From: Polyangiaceae bacterium
GTDB taxonomy: Bacteria; Myxococcota_A; Polyangia; Polyangiales; Polyangiaceae
Length of the DNA: 62,944 nt
Assembly (NCBI GenBank): GCA_044222475.1
Contig: JBGANF010000039.1
Location: 1 to 62,944, forward strand
Direction of reading: 5' to 3'
Translations under genes and position numbers: made by a program
Shown here: positions 46,621-55,921 of the stretch, one piece after another
Layout of the letters: each line of letters opens with the position of its first letter
Position numbering within the stretch: position 1 is the stretch's first letter
Notes under the pieces: model-generated
What the model saw: only the letters and a program-made list of their open reading frames with translations
The model's database searches: none
What the model was told of the DNA's origin: nothing

Positions 46621-47541
46621 TCAGTTCGGGTTGATCGTCCCGCCGCCGTCGGCGCAGCCGTCGGCCGATTGCTGGATCGCCGCGAGAACGGCGGTGAAGG
46701 TCGCCGGGTTGCCGTCGCCGACGTTCCAGTGGCGGCACGGGCTCGGGCTGGTGCCGCACGTGCCCTTGATCGGGCCCACCGTGTCGGGGTGGAGGGGGCC
46801 TCCGCCGCCTACGGCGAGCTGCTCGAGGTTCGCGTCGATCGCGCCCGTCATTCCGATGACGTACGTGCGCAGCGTCGTCTTGGTGAAGTGGGCCTGGAGA
46901 AGGTTCGAGAGGTTGGTGAGGTTGGTATCGCAGCCGGCAGGCGCGCCATCGGTGACGAGCATGCCGATCGTGACGCGACCTCCGCGCCGGTTGCCCGCCG
47001 TGAAGTTCGTGATTCCCCGAATGGCGCCCTCGGTCGGCGTGACGCACGGGCTATTGTCGGTCGTGGAATCGAGGAGCGCGTCGAACGTCTTCGTCGGAAG
47101 CGTCGTGTACGCGGGCGGACCGACGGGCGAGGCGGGCGTGGAGTACGTCGCGCCGGTCGTGCACATCGCCGCGGTGTGGTTCGTCACGGGGAAGAACTGG
47201 AGCGCCGCCGCGTTGCCCGCCGCGGCCGGCGAGTTGAAGTACCCGGAGAGGGCGTTGATCGCGTGGCACCACTTCGAGTTCGTGGTGCTACCGATGTTGC
47301 AGTCGGCGCCCATGCTGCACGATCGGTCGAGCATGATGTACATGTCGACCGGCGCGAGGCAGGAGCTCCCGTCACCGTTGCCGTCCGACGTGGTGCCGTC
47401 GAGGTTGCCGAACGGGCTGTCGCCGCCGCCGTCGGTAGGTGTCGTCGCGTCCGAGCCGCCGTCGGGCGTCGCGTCCCCTTCGCTGCCGCACGCCGCCAGA
47501 CACAGGCCTAGAACCAGCGCGAGCGCCGACCGAGCTCCCAT
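46621..47541 (-). CDS. vWA-domain lipoprotein
   Basis: Lipobox LAAC; MIDAS motif DRSCS, TPT, VTDG and TYVIG. Confidence 0.85.
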   Translation of the reverse strand: MGARSALALVLGLCLAACGSEGDATPDGGSDATTPTDGGGDSPFGNLDGTTSDGNGDGSSCLAPVDMYIMLDRSCSMGADCNIGSTTNSKWCHAINALSGYFNSPAAAGNAAALQFFPVTNHTAAMCTTGATYSTPASPVGPPAYTTLPTKTFDALLDSTTDNSPCVTPTEGAIRGITNFTAGNRRGGRVTIGMLVTDGAPAGCDTNLTNLSNLLQAHFTKTTLRTYVIGMTGAIDANLEQLAVGGGGPLHPDTVGPIKGTCGTSPSPCRHWNVGDGNPATFTAVLAAIQQSADGCADGGGTINPN

Positions 47542-47588
47542 CCCACGAGTCTACCCTCGCACGGACGCGAGCGCATCCGGGAACGGCG

Positions 47589-48890
47589 TCAATCCGACCG
47601 AAGAAATCCGGTCCCGGTGGCGGCGATCCCTCTCGCTCGCGCGAGCTCGTCCTCCGGCCACGGCTCGACGACGCAGTCGAACCTGCCGTGGTCGAACGGA
47701 AGACCCGGCGGCGCCTCCACGCGCACGACGCGCTCGCGCAGCCCCTGAGCGAGCAGCTCGAGCGCGCGGTGATGGCAGTACGGGTTGTTCCCTGGACGCC
47801 CGAAGAGCACGTGCGCCGTCCACGAGCAGCCGCCCACGCATGGCTCCTTGTAGTAGCAGGTCGCGCAGAACCCCCAGAGCGAGTCCGCGGTGCGCTCGCG
47901 GGTGAAACGCAGCTCTTCGGCGCGCTCCCAGATGTCCTTCAGCGGCGCCTCTCGCAGGTTCCCACCGACGTAGTCGCGCGACGGGAGCGACGGGCATCCC
48001 TTCACCGAACCGTCGGCCTCCAGTCCCATCCCGTGCCTCCCAGCCGAGCACGCCTGCCGATGTTGATCGGGATCGTTCTCGCGAAGCAACGACTCGTAGG
48101 GACCGAAGTATCCGATGTCGTTGCCGGGAAAGAGCACGAAGTCGGGCGCGTGCTTCTTCGCGTGCGCGCGCACGCGAGCGAGCATCGGGAGGACTTCGAT
48201 CACTTGATAGGGTTGGAGGAGCAAGTCGGGCTCGTCGGCGGCGCGACCCATCGGCACCGTCATCGAGACCTGCCACCCGGCGACGCCGAGCTCGATGAGC
48301 CCGTGGATCATCGGCTCCACCTGGCGCAGCGCGTGGCGGGTGATCTGCGTGTTGGCGGCCACGCGCATCCCGAGATCTCGCGCGTCGCACACCGTTCGCA
48401 TCGCCGCGGCGTAGCTCCCTTTCTTGCCGCGAAGCTCGTCGTGCAGCTCCTCGAGCGCGTCGATCGAGACACTGATGAGCGACACCCCGGCGGCCTTCGC
48501 TTCGGCGATTCGTTCGCGCGTCATCTGGAGCCCGCCGGTGAGGATGCCGACGTCGATGCCGCGCTCGTGCGCCGCCCGCGCGACGTCGAGCCACCCGCCG
48601 TGGAGGTAGCTCTCGCCGCCGATCAGCGTGATCTCCTTCGTGCCCATCGCGTGCAGATCGTCGACGACCCGCAGCGCCTCTGCCGTGGAGAGCTCGTTCG
48701 CGCGCGGCTTCCCCGCGCGTGAGCCGCAGTGGCGGCACGAGAGATCGCACTTGAGCGTCAGCTCCCAGACGACGTAGCGCGGGACCGCGGCGCGATCGCT
48801 CGGCCGCACCTCGGTCGCCAGCGGAAGGCGCCGGCGCGGCTCCGGTGCGACGACCGGTAGAGCGCGCGGCCTTCGACCGAGGACGGCCAT
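47589..48890 (-). CDS. Radical SAM/SPASM peptide maturase, PlpX/GDL-associated splicease-like
   Basis: VWELTLKCDLSCRHCGSRAG, IGGE, PMGRA, GNDIGYFGPYE, CSAG..GLEADGSVKGCPSL and LWGFCATCYY..CVGGCSW..FGRPGNNPYCHHRA. Confidence 0.88.
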   Translation of the reverse strand: MAVLGRRPRALPVVAPEPRRRLPLATEVRPSDRAAVPRYVVWELTLKCDLSCRHCGSRAGKPRANELSTAEALRVVDDLHAMGTKEITLIGGESYLHGGWLDVARAAHERGIDVGILTGGLQMTRERIAEAKAAGVSLISVSIDALEELHDELRGKKGSYAAAMRTVCDARDLGMRVAANTQITRHALRQVEPMIHGLIELGVAGWQVSMTVPMGRAADEPDLLLQPYQVIEVLPMLARVRAHAKKHAPDFVLFPGNDIGYFGPYESLLRENDPDQHRQACSAGRHGMGLEADGSVKGCPSLPSRDYVGGNLREAPLKDIWERAEELRFTRERTADSLWGFCATCYYKEPCVGGCSWTAHVLFGRPGNNPYCHHRALELLAQGLRERVVRVEAPPGLPFDHGRFDCVVEPWPEDELARARGIAATGTGFLRSD

Positions 48891-48907
48891 GACGACTCGT
48901 CAGTCGC

Positions 48908-49330
48908 TCAGGGTTTGCCTGCCGGCATGATGCCGTAGCGCATCGCCGGGCGCGGGACCGTCGCCGACGGCTTCGCGGTCGCCGATGCCGTCGCGCTGGG
49001 TTTCGCCGTCGCGCTCGGCGTCGCCGATGCGGTCGCGGATGCCGTGGCGGTCGTCGTCGCCGTGGCGCTCGGCGTCGCGGACGCGGTTGCGGTCGTCGTC
49101 GCGGTGGCCGTGGCAGTGGCCGTGGCGCTCGGCGTCGTGTCGGTGGTCGTCGATGCGGACGTCGACGGTACGACCGGATCGGTCGGCTTCGGATCGTTGC
49201 ATCCTGCGATCATGATCGCCGACGACATCAGGACCGCGGCCAGTGCGGTCGGGCGACCCGCGCAGAAGGGACAATCGCTCGCCGCGCGCACGTGGCGCCG
49301 GCAGGTGGGACAGGGGACGAAGCCGCTCAT
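48908..49330 (-). CDS. Putative radical-SAM substrate: Zn-ribbon leader, lipobox, Thr/Ala stalk, C-terminal XYG motif
   Basis: CPTC..CPFC, IAGC, (TPSATATA)n and C-terminus PAMRYGIMPAGKP; 17 bp upstream of the rSAM gene on the same strand. Confidence 0.72.
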   Translation of the reverse strand: MSGFVPCPTCRRHVRAASDCPFCAGRPTALAAVLMSSAIMIAGCNDPKPTDPVVPSTSASTTTDTTPSATATATATATTTATASATPSATATTTATASATASATPSATAKPSATASATAKPSATVPRPAMRYGIMPAGKP

Positions 49331-49375
49331 GCGCTGAGGACACCACAAAGCGGCGCCGTCGGCTACATTCGCTTC

Positions 49376-49918
49376 ATGATCTGCCCCTTCTGCGGTGCCA
49401 CGAACAAGGACGCCGGTCCGCAGTTCTGCTCCTCGTGTGGAAAATCGTTGGCGAACGCCGCGCCCCGCCCTCCCGCGACCGCCGCCGGTCTGGTCACGCC
49501 CGGCCAGGAGGAGGTGTTCTTCGAGGGGCGACCGGCCGCCCTCCGCAGCGTGTTCTCGGTCCTCGTGACGATCCTCACGGTCGGCCTCGCATACTTGTTC
49601 TTCTTCTGGCCGCGCAGCTGGGGCAAGCGGTACCGCATCACCTCGCAGCGCGTCGTCATCGAGACCGGAGTCTTCTCGAAGCGGATGGACCAGATCGACC
49701 TCTATCGCGTCGTCGACTTTGCGATCGAGAAGTCGTTCGGCCAGCGGCTGATGGGCACCGGCACGATCATCCTCGAAGCGATGGACAAGACCACGCCCGA
49801 GCTCCGCATCGAGGGGATCCGCGCCAACGTCGAAAGCCTGTACGAGCGGATGCGCGCCGCGGCCGAGGTCGAAAAGCAGAAAAAAGGCGTCCGTTTGATG
49901 GATGTCGAGCGGCCCTGA
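49376..49918 (+). CDS. Zinc-ribbon plus bacterial PH-domain membrane protein
   Basis: CPFC..CSSC, TM segment, YRITSQRVVIETGVFS..QRLMGTGTI. Confidence 0.8.
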   Translation: MICPFCGATNKDAGPQFCSSCGKSLANAAPRPPATAAGLVTPGQEEVFFEGRPAALRSVFSVLVTILTVGLAYLFFFWPRSWGKRYRITSQRVVIETGVFSKRMDQIDLYRVVDFAIEKSFGQRLMGTGTIILEAMDKTTPELRIEGIRANVESLYERMRAAAEVEKQKKGVRLMDVERP

Positions 49919-49963
49919 CGGGCGGAAAAAGCTGCTACGCTGTGACGTTCGGAGGTCCGCGTC

Positions 49964-50881
49964 ATGCGTAAGCTCTTCCTTCTTCCGCTCGTCGTATCGG
50001 GCGTCGCGCTCTCCAGCTGGCTCGCGGGTTGCGGCGGGTCGAACCCCTCGACCTTCGTCAACGACGCCGGCAACGACGCCCCGGTCGGACCGAACGACAG
50101 CGGCGGCAACTTCGACGACGTCTTCATCCCCGGTGACGCCCAGCCGGAGCCGGTCGACTCGGGGCCTCCGCCCGAGGTCGCGGTCGTCTACGCCCACAGC
50201 CCCAACACGCTCTACAAGCTCGACCCGATCACGAAGGCGGTCACCACCGTCGGCAACTTCAACGGGTGCAGCTCCGTCATCGACATGGCGATCGACGAGA
50301 ACGGGAACGGCTACTGCACGACCTTCAGCGGCTTCTTCAAGCTCGACCTCAAGACCGCCGTCTGTACCAACGTGTCGTCGGGCAGCTACCCGAACTCGCT
50401 CTCGTTCGTTCCCAAGGGGACGCTCGACCCGAACGCGGAGGCGCTCGTCGGCTACTTCGGTTCGACGTACGTCCGCATCAACCTCACGACCGGCGCGGTG
50501 ACGAACGTCGGCGCGCTCAGCGGTGGCTACTCGTCCAGCGGCGACATCGTCTCGGTGAAGAACGGAGGCACGTTCCTCACCGTGACCGGCAACGCCTGCA
50601 GCGACTGTCTGCTCCAGGTCGATCCGAAGACCGGCAACATGGTCCAGAACTACGGCACCGTGAACCACTCGGCCGTGTATGGCCTGGCGTTCTGGGCCGG
50701 GACGCTCTTCGGGTTCAGCAACGCGGGCGAGCTCTTCCAGATCACCGCCAACGGCAACGGCATCACGACGACCAACATCCCGATCCCGAGCAAGCCGCCG
50801 AACCTCCAGTTCTGGGGAGCGGGGTCGACGACCTCTGCGCCGGCGACGTCCGCCGATGGCGGTGGCATCATCGTGAAGTGA
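49964..50881 (+). CDS. Beta-propeller-like lipoprotein
   Basis: Lipobox LAGC; repeated beta-blades; SSGDIV, YGLAFW and FWGAG. Confidence 0.75.
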   Translation: MRKLFLLPLVVSGVALSSWLAGCGGSNPSTFVNDAGNDAPVGPNDSGGNFDDVFIPGDAQPEPVDSGPPPEVAVVYAHSPNTLYKLDPITKAVTTVGNFNGCSSVIDMAIDENGNGYCTTFSGFFKLDLKTAVCTNVSSGSYPNSLSFVPKGTLDPNAEALVGYFGSTYVRINLTTGAVTNVGALSGGYSSSGDIVSVKNGGTFLTVTGNACSDCLLQVDPKTGNMVQNYGTVNHSAVYGLAFWAGTLFGFSNAGELFQITANGNGITTTNIPIPSKPPNLQFWGAGSTTSAPATSADGGGIIVK

Positions 50882-51351
50882 CCGCGACTGTCGAGCTCGA
50901 GGAACCCACCTGTCGCATCGTGAGTGAGCGCAACGTCATCGTCGCCGTGTGGCGAGACGCGCCCACGGTGTCGCAGATCCGCGCGGTGACCCGCGTCGGT
51001 CGCGCGCGGCGCGCCATCCATCAAGACGGGGTCGTGCTCGTGAACATCATCGTGTCCGGCACGCCCAGCTTTCCGGAGGAGGTCCGCGAGGAGATCAAGA
51101 AGATCTACCAAGCCAACCTGTTCAGCCTCGGCGCATGCCACGTCGTGCTCGTGCCGGGTCTCGCCGGCGTCGCGACGCGCGCCTTCCTCGGGACGGTCAG
51201 CCTGCTCCGCCGTACGAACAACCCGTCACGCATCGTGGGCGATCTCGAGTCCGCGCTCCTCTGGGTCCAGAGCTGCGCCACCGCGAGCGGTGAGTCGTGG
51301 CGGCACGCCGAGCTCGTCGAGCTCTTCGGTCACGCCCGAGGCGCAGCCTGA
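50878..51351 (+). CDS. STAS/SEC14 (SpoIIAA-like) hypothetical protein
   Basis: GTGA overlap; WRDAP, GLAGVATRAFL and PSRIVGDLESALLW. Confidence 0.65.
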   Translation: MTATVELEEPTCRIVSERNVIVAVWRDAPTVSQIRAVTRVGRARRAIHQDGVVLVNIIVSGTPSFPEEVREEIKKIYQANLFSLGACHVVLVPGLAGVATRAFLGTVSLLRRTNNPSRIVGDLESALLWVQSCATASGESWRHAELVELFGHARGAA

Positions 51352-51406
51352 TCCGTCCCGCTCTGCCTTGTGCGCGTCAGATCGGCTACCCTCGGAACCC
51401 CGCGCC

Positions 51407-51892
51407 ATGCCCTCGATCGAATACGAAGACCGCACTCTGCGCATCCTCGTCGAACGGAACCTAGGCGTCCTCTCGTGGCGGGATGCGCCGAACATCACGC
51501 AGCTCCGCGCCCATGATCGCGTCGGCAAGCAGCTCGAGCGAAGCTACAAGGGCAAGACGATGCTCCTCAACCTCGTGCACTCGGGAACGGCGAAGTTCTC
51601 TCCCGAGGTGACGCAGGAGACGGCGCGCATCGTTCGCCAGGAGAACTTCTACGACCTGGGCGCCGCGAACGTGCTCCTCGTGGGCGGGCTCGGTGGCGTG
51701 GCGGCACGGGCCTTCCTCAGCACTGCTCTCCTGGTCAGCCGGTCTCCCCGGCCAACGCGCGTGTTCTCGAACCTCGACGAAGCCATCGAGTGGACCTTGG
51801 CGATGCTCCAGCCCGGCGGCGTCCGGTGGGCTCGCAACGAGATCGTGGCGGTGGCCGAGCAGGCGAGCCGAGACCAGAGCGCCACCCGGTAA
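51407..51892 (+). CDS. STAS/SEC14-like hypothetical protein, paralog
   Basis: WRDAP, GLGGVAARAFL and PTRVFSNLDEAIEW. Confidence 0.65.
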   Translation: MPSIEYEDRTLRILVERNLGVLSWRDAPNITQLRAHDRVGKQLERSYKGKTMLLNLVHSGTAKFSPEVTQETARIVRQENFYDLGAANVLLVGGLGGVAARAFLSTALLVSRSPRPTRVFSNLDEAIEWTLAMLQPGGVRWARNEIVAVAEQASRDQSATR

Positions 51893-51952
51893 AAGAAGGC
51901 TCGTCCCGTCGAGGCGCGACAGATTGCCTCATGGTATAGGGACGCTCGGCTC

Positions 51953-52570
51953 GTGATTGGCATCGTGAGATACGGTTTGGGCAACGTCGGCGCCGTCCAG
52001 AACATGCTGGCCAAGGTGGGGATTCGTGCGGCCGCGATGTCCACCCCGGACGAGCTGCGGGGCGCGACCAAGCTCATCCTTCCTGGCGTCGGAGCGTTCG
52101 ATACGGGGATTTCCCGCCTTCACGCGTCGGGGCTCGTTCCCGTGCTGCGCGAGCTGGTGGTCGAGCAGAAGAAGCCGCTGCTCGGGATCTGCCTCGGCAT
52201 GCACCTGCTCACACGCGGCAGCACCGAAGGGGTGATGCCCGGTCTGGGGTGGGTTCGAGCGCAGACGCGTCGCCTCGACCCTGGTGGTGTTCCGGGCCTG
52301 CGCGTGCCGCACATGGGTTGGGACTTCGTGACGCCGGCCAAGCGGAGCGCGCTCATCGAAGACATGCCCGAGGACGCGCGCTTCTACTTCCTCCACTCCT
52401 ACTACGTCACGTGCGACGACCCCGCGGACTCGCTCCTCAAGACGCCGTACGGCATCACGGAGATCGACTCCGGATTCCAGCACGAGAACATCGTCGGCGT
52501 GCAGTTCCACCCGGAGAAGAGTCACCGCTTCGGGATGTGGCTGTTAAAGCGCTTCGCGGAGTGCGCATGA
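51953..52570 (+). CDS. hisH: HisH-like glutamine amidotransferase (glycan-modification type)
   Basis: YGLGN, LPGVGAF, GICLG, PHMGW, YFLHSY and QFHPEKS. Confidence 0.88.
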   Translation: MIGIVRYGLGNVGAVQNMLAKVGIRAAAMSTPDELRGATKLILPGVGAFDTGISRLHASGLVPVLRELVVEQKKPLLGICLGMHLLTRGSTEGVMPGLGWVRAQTRRLDPGGVPGLRVPHMGWDFVTPAKRSALIEDMPEDARFYFLHSYYVTCDDPADSLLKTPYGITEIDSGFQHENIVGVQFHPEKSHRFGMWLLKRFAECA

Positions 52571-53331
52571 GGGCCCGCAAGCCGCGCGTCATTCCGTGCT
52601 TGCTGCTCGATCGGGGGCGCCTCGTGAAGACGGTCTCGTTCTCGAAGCCGGGGTACGTCGGCGACCCGATCAACGTCGTCAAGATCTTCAACGAGAAGGA
52701 GGCGGACGAGCTCATCCTCCTCGACATCTCCGCCTCTCGTCGACGGGATCCTCCGGCCTTCGAGATGATCGAGCAGGTGGCTGCCGAGTGCTTCATGCCC
52801 ATGACGTACGGCGGCGGCGTCGCCACGGTGGAGCAGGCCGAGCGGATCATCTCGATGGGGGTCGAGAAGGTCGTGGTGAACAGCGCAGTCTTCCGCGGCA
52901 CCGCGCTCATCGCGAACATGGCGCGGCGCCTCGGGTCGTCGAGCACGGTGGTCGGCATCGACGTGAAGCAGGACCGCCGTGGGCGCTATCGCGTCTACGA
53001 CGCCGCGCGCAAGAAGCTGACCGAGCTGGACCCCGCGAACCACGCAAAACAGGTGGTCGACGCCGGCGCCGGCGAGATCTTCCTCAACGACGTCGAGCGC
53101 GACGGTCGCGGAATCGGCTTCGATCTCGACTTGATCCGAGAGGTCTCCGGGGCCGTCGACGTTCCGGTGATCGCGTGTGGTGGTGCGGGGCGGCTCGCCG
53201 ATCTCCGCCTGGCGACCGACGCGGGGGCGGCCGCGGTCGCGGCCGGGAGCATGTTCGTCTACCTTGGAAAACAGCGCGCGGTCATGATCAACTACCCCGC
53301 GTATCGAACCCAGGTCGAGTTGTTCCAATGA
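52567..53331 (+). CDS. HisF-like (HisF2/WbuZ-type) acetamidino modification protein
   Basis: RVIPCLL, YVGDPIN.VKIFNEKEADEL, CFMPMTYGGG and AGSMFV..AVMINYP. Confidence 0.85.
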   Translation: MRARKPRVIPCLLLDRGRLVKTVSFSKPGYVGDPINVVKIFNEKEADELILLDISASRRRDPPAFEMIEQVAAECFMPMTYGGGVATVEQAERIISMGVEKVVVNSAVFRGTALIANMARRLGSSSTVVGIDVKQDRRGRYRVYDAARKKLTELDPANHAKQVVDAGAGEIFLNDVERDGRGIGFDLDLIREVSGAVDVPVIACGGAGRLADLRLATDAGAAAVAAGSMFVYLGKQRAVMINYPAYRTQVELFQ

Positions 53332-54500
53332 CGAGCGAGCACCGCACTTGCACCCGCTGCGTGATGGACACCACGGCGACCGCGATCGTGTTCGACGAAA
53401 ACGGCGCGTGCAACTACTGCACGACCTTCCTCGCGCTCCAAGCCCGACGCGATCGGGGAGGGAATCCCGAGCAGCGCCGAGACGAGTTCCTCGCCCGGGT
53501 GAGAGCCGCCGGGAGGGGCAAGCGGTACGACTGCATCGTCGGGGTTTCGGGCGGTGTCGACAGCTCCTACGTCCTCTATCTCGCCGTGACCCACGGGCTG
53601 CGACCGCTGGCCGTGCACCTCGACAACGGGTGGAACTCGGAGCTCGCGACCCACAACATCGCGAGCTTGGTCACCAAGCTCGGCGTCGACCTGCACACCC
53701 ACGTCATCGACTGGGAGGAGAACCGCGATCTCCAGCGCTCGTTCTTCGAGTCCAACGTCGTCGACATCGAGATGCTCGTCGACAGCGCGCTCATCGCGCT
53801 GAACTACCAGCAGGCCGCGAAGTACGGCCTGAGGCACATCCTCAGCGGCTCGAACATCGCCACCGAGGGCCTCGGCATGCCCGAGGGGTGGAACCACCTC
53901 AAGTACGACGCCACGAACATTCGCGCGATTCACGCCAAGTTCGGCACCGTCCCCATCCGGACGCACCCGCTCATCTCGGTCGTCGACTACATCTGGTACG
54001 AGTTCGGGCGAGGCATCACCTGGGTGCCGTTCCTCGACTACTTTCCGTACAACAAGTTCGAGGCCATGCAGACCCTGCAGAAGGTGATCGGCTACAAGCC
54101 GTATCCCTACAAGCACTACGAGTCGGTCTTCACCCGCTTCTACCAGGCGTACATCCTTCCGAAGAAGTTCGGCTACGACAAACGCCGCGTCCACCTCGCG
54201 ACGCTCGTCGCCAGCGGGCAGATGCCCCGCGACGAAGCGCTTCGTTTGCTCGAGCAGCCGACGTACCCGGATCCCGCGCAAGAGGCCGACGATCGCGCGT
54301 TCGTGCTCAAGAAGCTCGGCTTCACCGAGGAGTACTTCGAAGCGTACATGCGTGCTCCGGGTGTGCCCCACGACGCGTTCCCGTCCGAGGCGCAGCTCTA
54401 CCGGCGACTCTCGACGGTCTACAAGAAGTGGCGGGGCGTTCTGCGAGGCGAGCAACCGTTCGTCCTCCCGCCAGCGCTGGTGCAGTCGAAGACGCGCTAG
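53328..54500 (+). CDS. N-acetyl sugar amidotransferase (WbuX/WbpG/PseA-like, PP-loop)
   Basis: CTRCVMD..CNYC, YDCIVGVSGGVDSSY, HLDNGWNSE and KHYES. Confidence 0.9.
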   Translation: MTSEHRTCTRCVMDTTATAIVFDENGACNYCTTFLALQARRDRGGNPEQRRDEFLARVRAAGRGKRYDCIVGVSGGVDSSYVLYLAVTHGLRPLAVHLDNGWNSELATHNIASLVTKLGVDLHTHVIDWEENRDLQRSFFESNVVDIEMLVDSALIALNYQQAAKYGLRHILSGSNIATEGLGMPEGWNHLKYDATNIRAIHAKFGTVPIRTHPLISVVDYIWYEFGRGITWVPFLDYFPYNKFEAMQTLQKVIGYKPYPYKHYESVFTRFYQAYILPKKFGYDKRRVHLATLVASGQMPRDEALRLLEQPTYPDPAQEADDRAFVLKKLGFTEEYFEAYMRAPGVPHDAFPSEAQLYRRLSTVYKKWRGVLRGEQPFVLPPALVQSKTR

Positions 54501-54508
54501 TCGTGGCG

Positions 54509-55864
54509 ATGGTGCCGGTGCTCACCCTCGGGGACGGATTCTTCGATGTCGCCACGCCGGCACGGTTTCCGAAGCACGTCCTCCGCTTTCGGAACCAACG
54601 CGCCGCCGCCGAGGTCGGGCTCGACGGGCTCGACGAAGCGGCGTGGGAGTCCCACTTCGCGCGGTTCACGCCGCTGCCGCGGAACCTCGAAGAGCCGCTC
54701 GCGCTGCGTTACCACGGTCATCAGTTCGGCGTGTACAACCCCGCGCTCGGCGATGGTCGAGGCTTTCTCTTCGCCCAAGTACGCGACGGCAAGGGAAGGC
54801 TGCTCGATCTCGGAACGAAGGGCAGCGGACAGACGCGGTACTCGCGCGGCGGCGACGGCCGGCTCACGTTGAAGGGCGGCGTGCGCGAGGTCCTCGCGAC
54901 CGAGCTGCTCGAGGCGCTCGGCGTTCCGACGTCGCGGAGCTTGAGCCTCTTCGAGACGGGCGAATCGCTTCACCGAGGCGACGAGCCGTCGCCCACGCGG
55001 TCGAGCGTTCTCGTGCGGATGTCGCACTCGCACGTTCGCTTCGGGACGTTTCAGCGACTCGCGTTCGAGCGGGATGCCGCTCGCATGAAGAAGCTCGTGG
55101 ACTACGTCCTCGAGCACCTGCTGCCCGAGGCGGCGAGCGCGTCCGATCCCGTCGGTGCGCTGCTCGGCGCTTCGATGGAGCTCCACGCCCGGACGGCGGC
55201 GCGGTGGATGGTCGCCGGCTTCGTCCATGGCGTGCTCAACACCGACAACATGAACGTCACCGGCGAAAGCTTCGACTACGGGCCGTGGCGGTTTCTGCCC
55301 AGCTACGATCCGGCGTTCGTCGCGGCGTACTTCGACGAGACCGGGCTCTACGCGTTCGGTCGCCAACCGGGGACGGTTCTGTGGAACCTGCACCGGTTCG
55401 CCGACGCACTGCGCACCGCCGAGCCTTCGCTCGACGCCGAGCGCGTGCTCTCGGGCTTCGAGTCGGTCTTCGTGAGCGAAGTGCAGGGCGCGATGCTCGC
55501 CCGCCTCGGTCTGAAGTCGCGCGGCGAGGCCGACGACGATCGCCTCGTCGCGGCGGTGTTCTCGTACCTCGATGGGACGAAGGTGGGCTTCGATCGGTTC
55601 TTCTTCGAGGCGTTCGCCGGCGGGCGCGTCTCCGGCTCGGACGAAGCGGCGGCGGCCGTGCAGCGTGAGCTCGATCGCTTCGCCCCCTCTGCGGGGTGCG
55701 CCCGCGCTCACCCCCACTTCGCGCGCGCCGAGCCGGTCACGCTCGTCAGGGACGAGGTCGAGCGCATCTGGGACCGGATCGCCGGGGCCGACGATTGGTC
55801 CGCATTCGAGGGCAAAATCGCGGACATCCGCGAGCTCGGAGCCGCGCTCCGTCCGTCCCCCTGA
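54509..55864 (+). CDS. selO: Protein adenylyltransferase SelO (YdiU family)
   Basis: YHGHQFG, LGDGRG, KGSGQTRYSRGGDGR, HGVLNTDNM, DYGP and WNL. Confidence 0.9.
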   Translation: MVPVLTLGDGFFDVATPARFPKHVLRFRNQRAAAEVGLDGLDEAAWESHFARFTPLPRNLEEPLALRYHGHQFGVYNPALGDGRGFLFAQVRDGKGRLLDLGTKGSGQTRYSRGGDGRLTLKGGVREVLATELLEALGVPTSRSLSLFETGESLHRGDEPSPTRSSVLVRMSHSHVRFGTFQRLAFERDAARMKKLVDYVLEHLLPEAASASDPVGALLGASMELHARTAARWMVAGFVHGVLNTDNMNVTGESFDYGPWRFLPSYDPAFVAAYFDETGLYAFGRQPGTVLWNLHRFADALRTAEPSLDAERVLSGFESVFVSEVQGAMLARLGLKSRGEADDDRLVAAVFSYLDGTKVGFDRFFFEAFAGGRVSGSDEAAAAVQRELDRFAPSAGCARAHPHFARAEPVTLVRDEVERIWDRIAGADDWSAFEGKIADIRELGAALRPSP

Positions 55865-55921
55865 GGAACACGCAGTGAAGATCAGGGGAACTTCTCGGCC
55901 TGCCGATCGTACGGTTTCTTC

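Noticed and set aside
49331..50668. 586-aa minus-strand ORF as a single protein
   Set aside because: The upstream part is antisense to two + strand genes; the real start is most likely ATG 49330.
51953..53331. Histidine biosynthesis operon
   Set aside because: No other his genes; the HisF has the HisF2-type signature and is coupled to a sugar amidotransferase.
55840..55900. Selenocysteine read-through at the selO TGA
   Set aside because: No Cys/Sec-type C-terminal motif context and no evident SECIS hairpin; treated as a normal stop.
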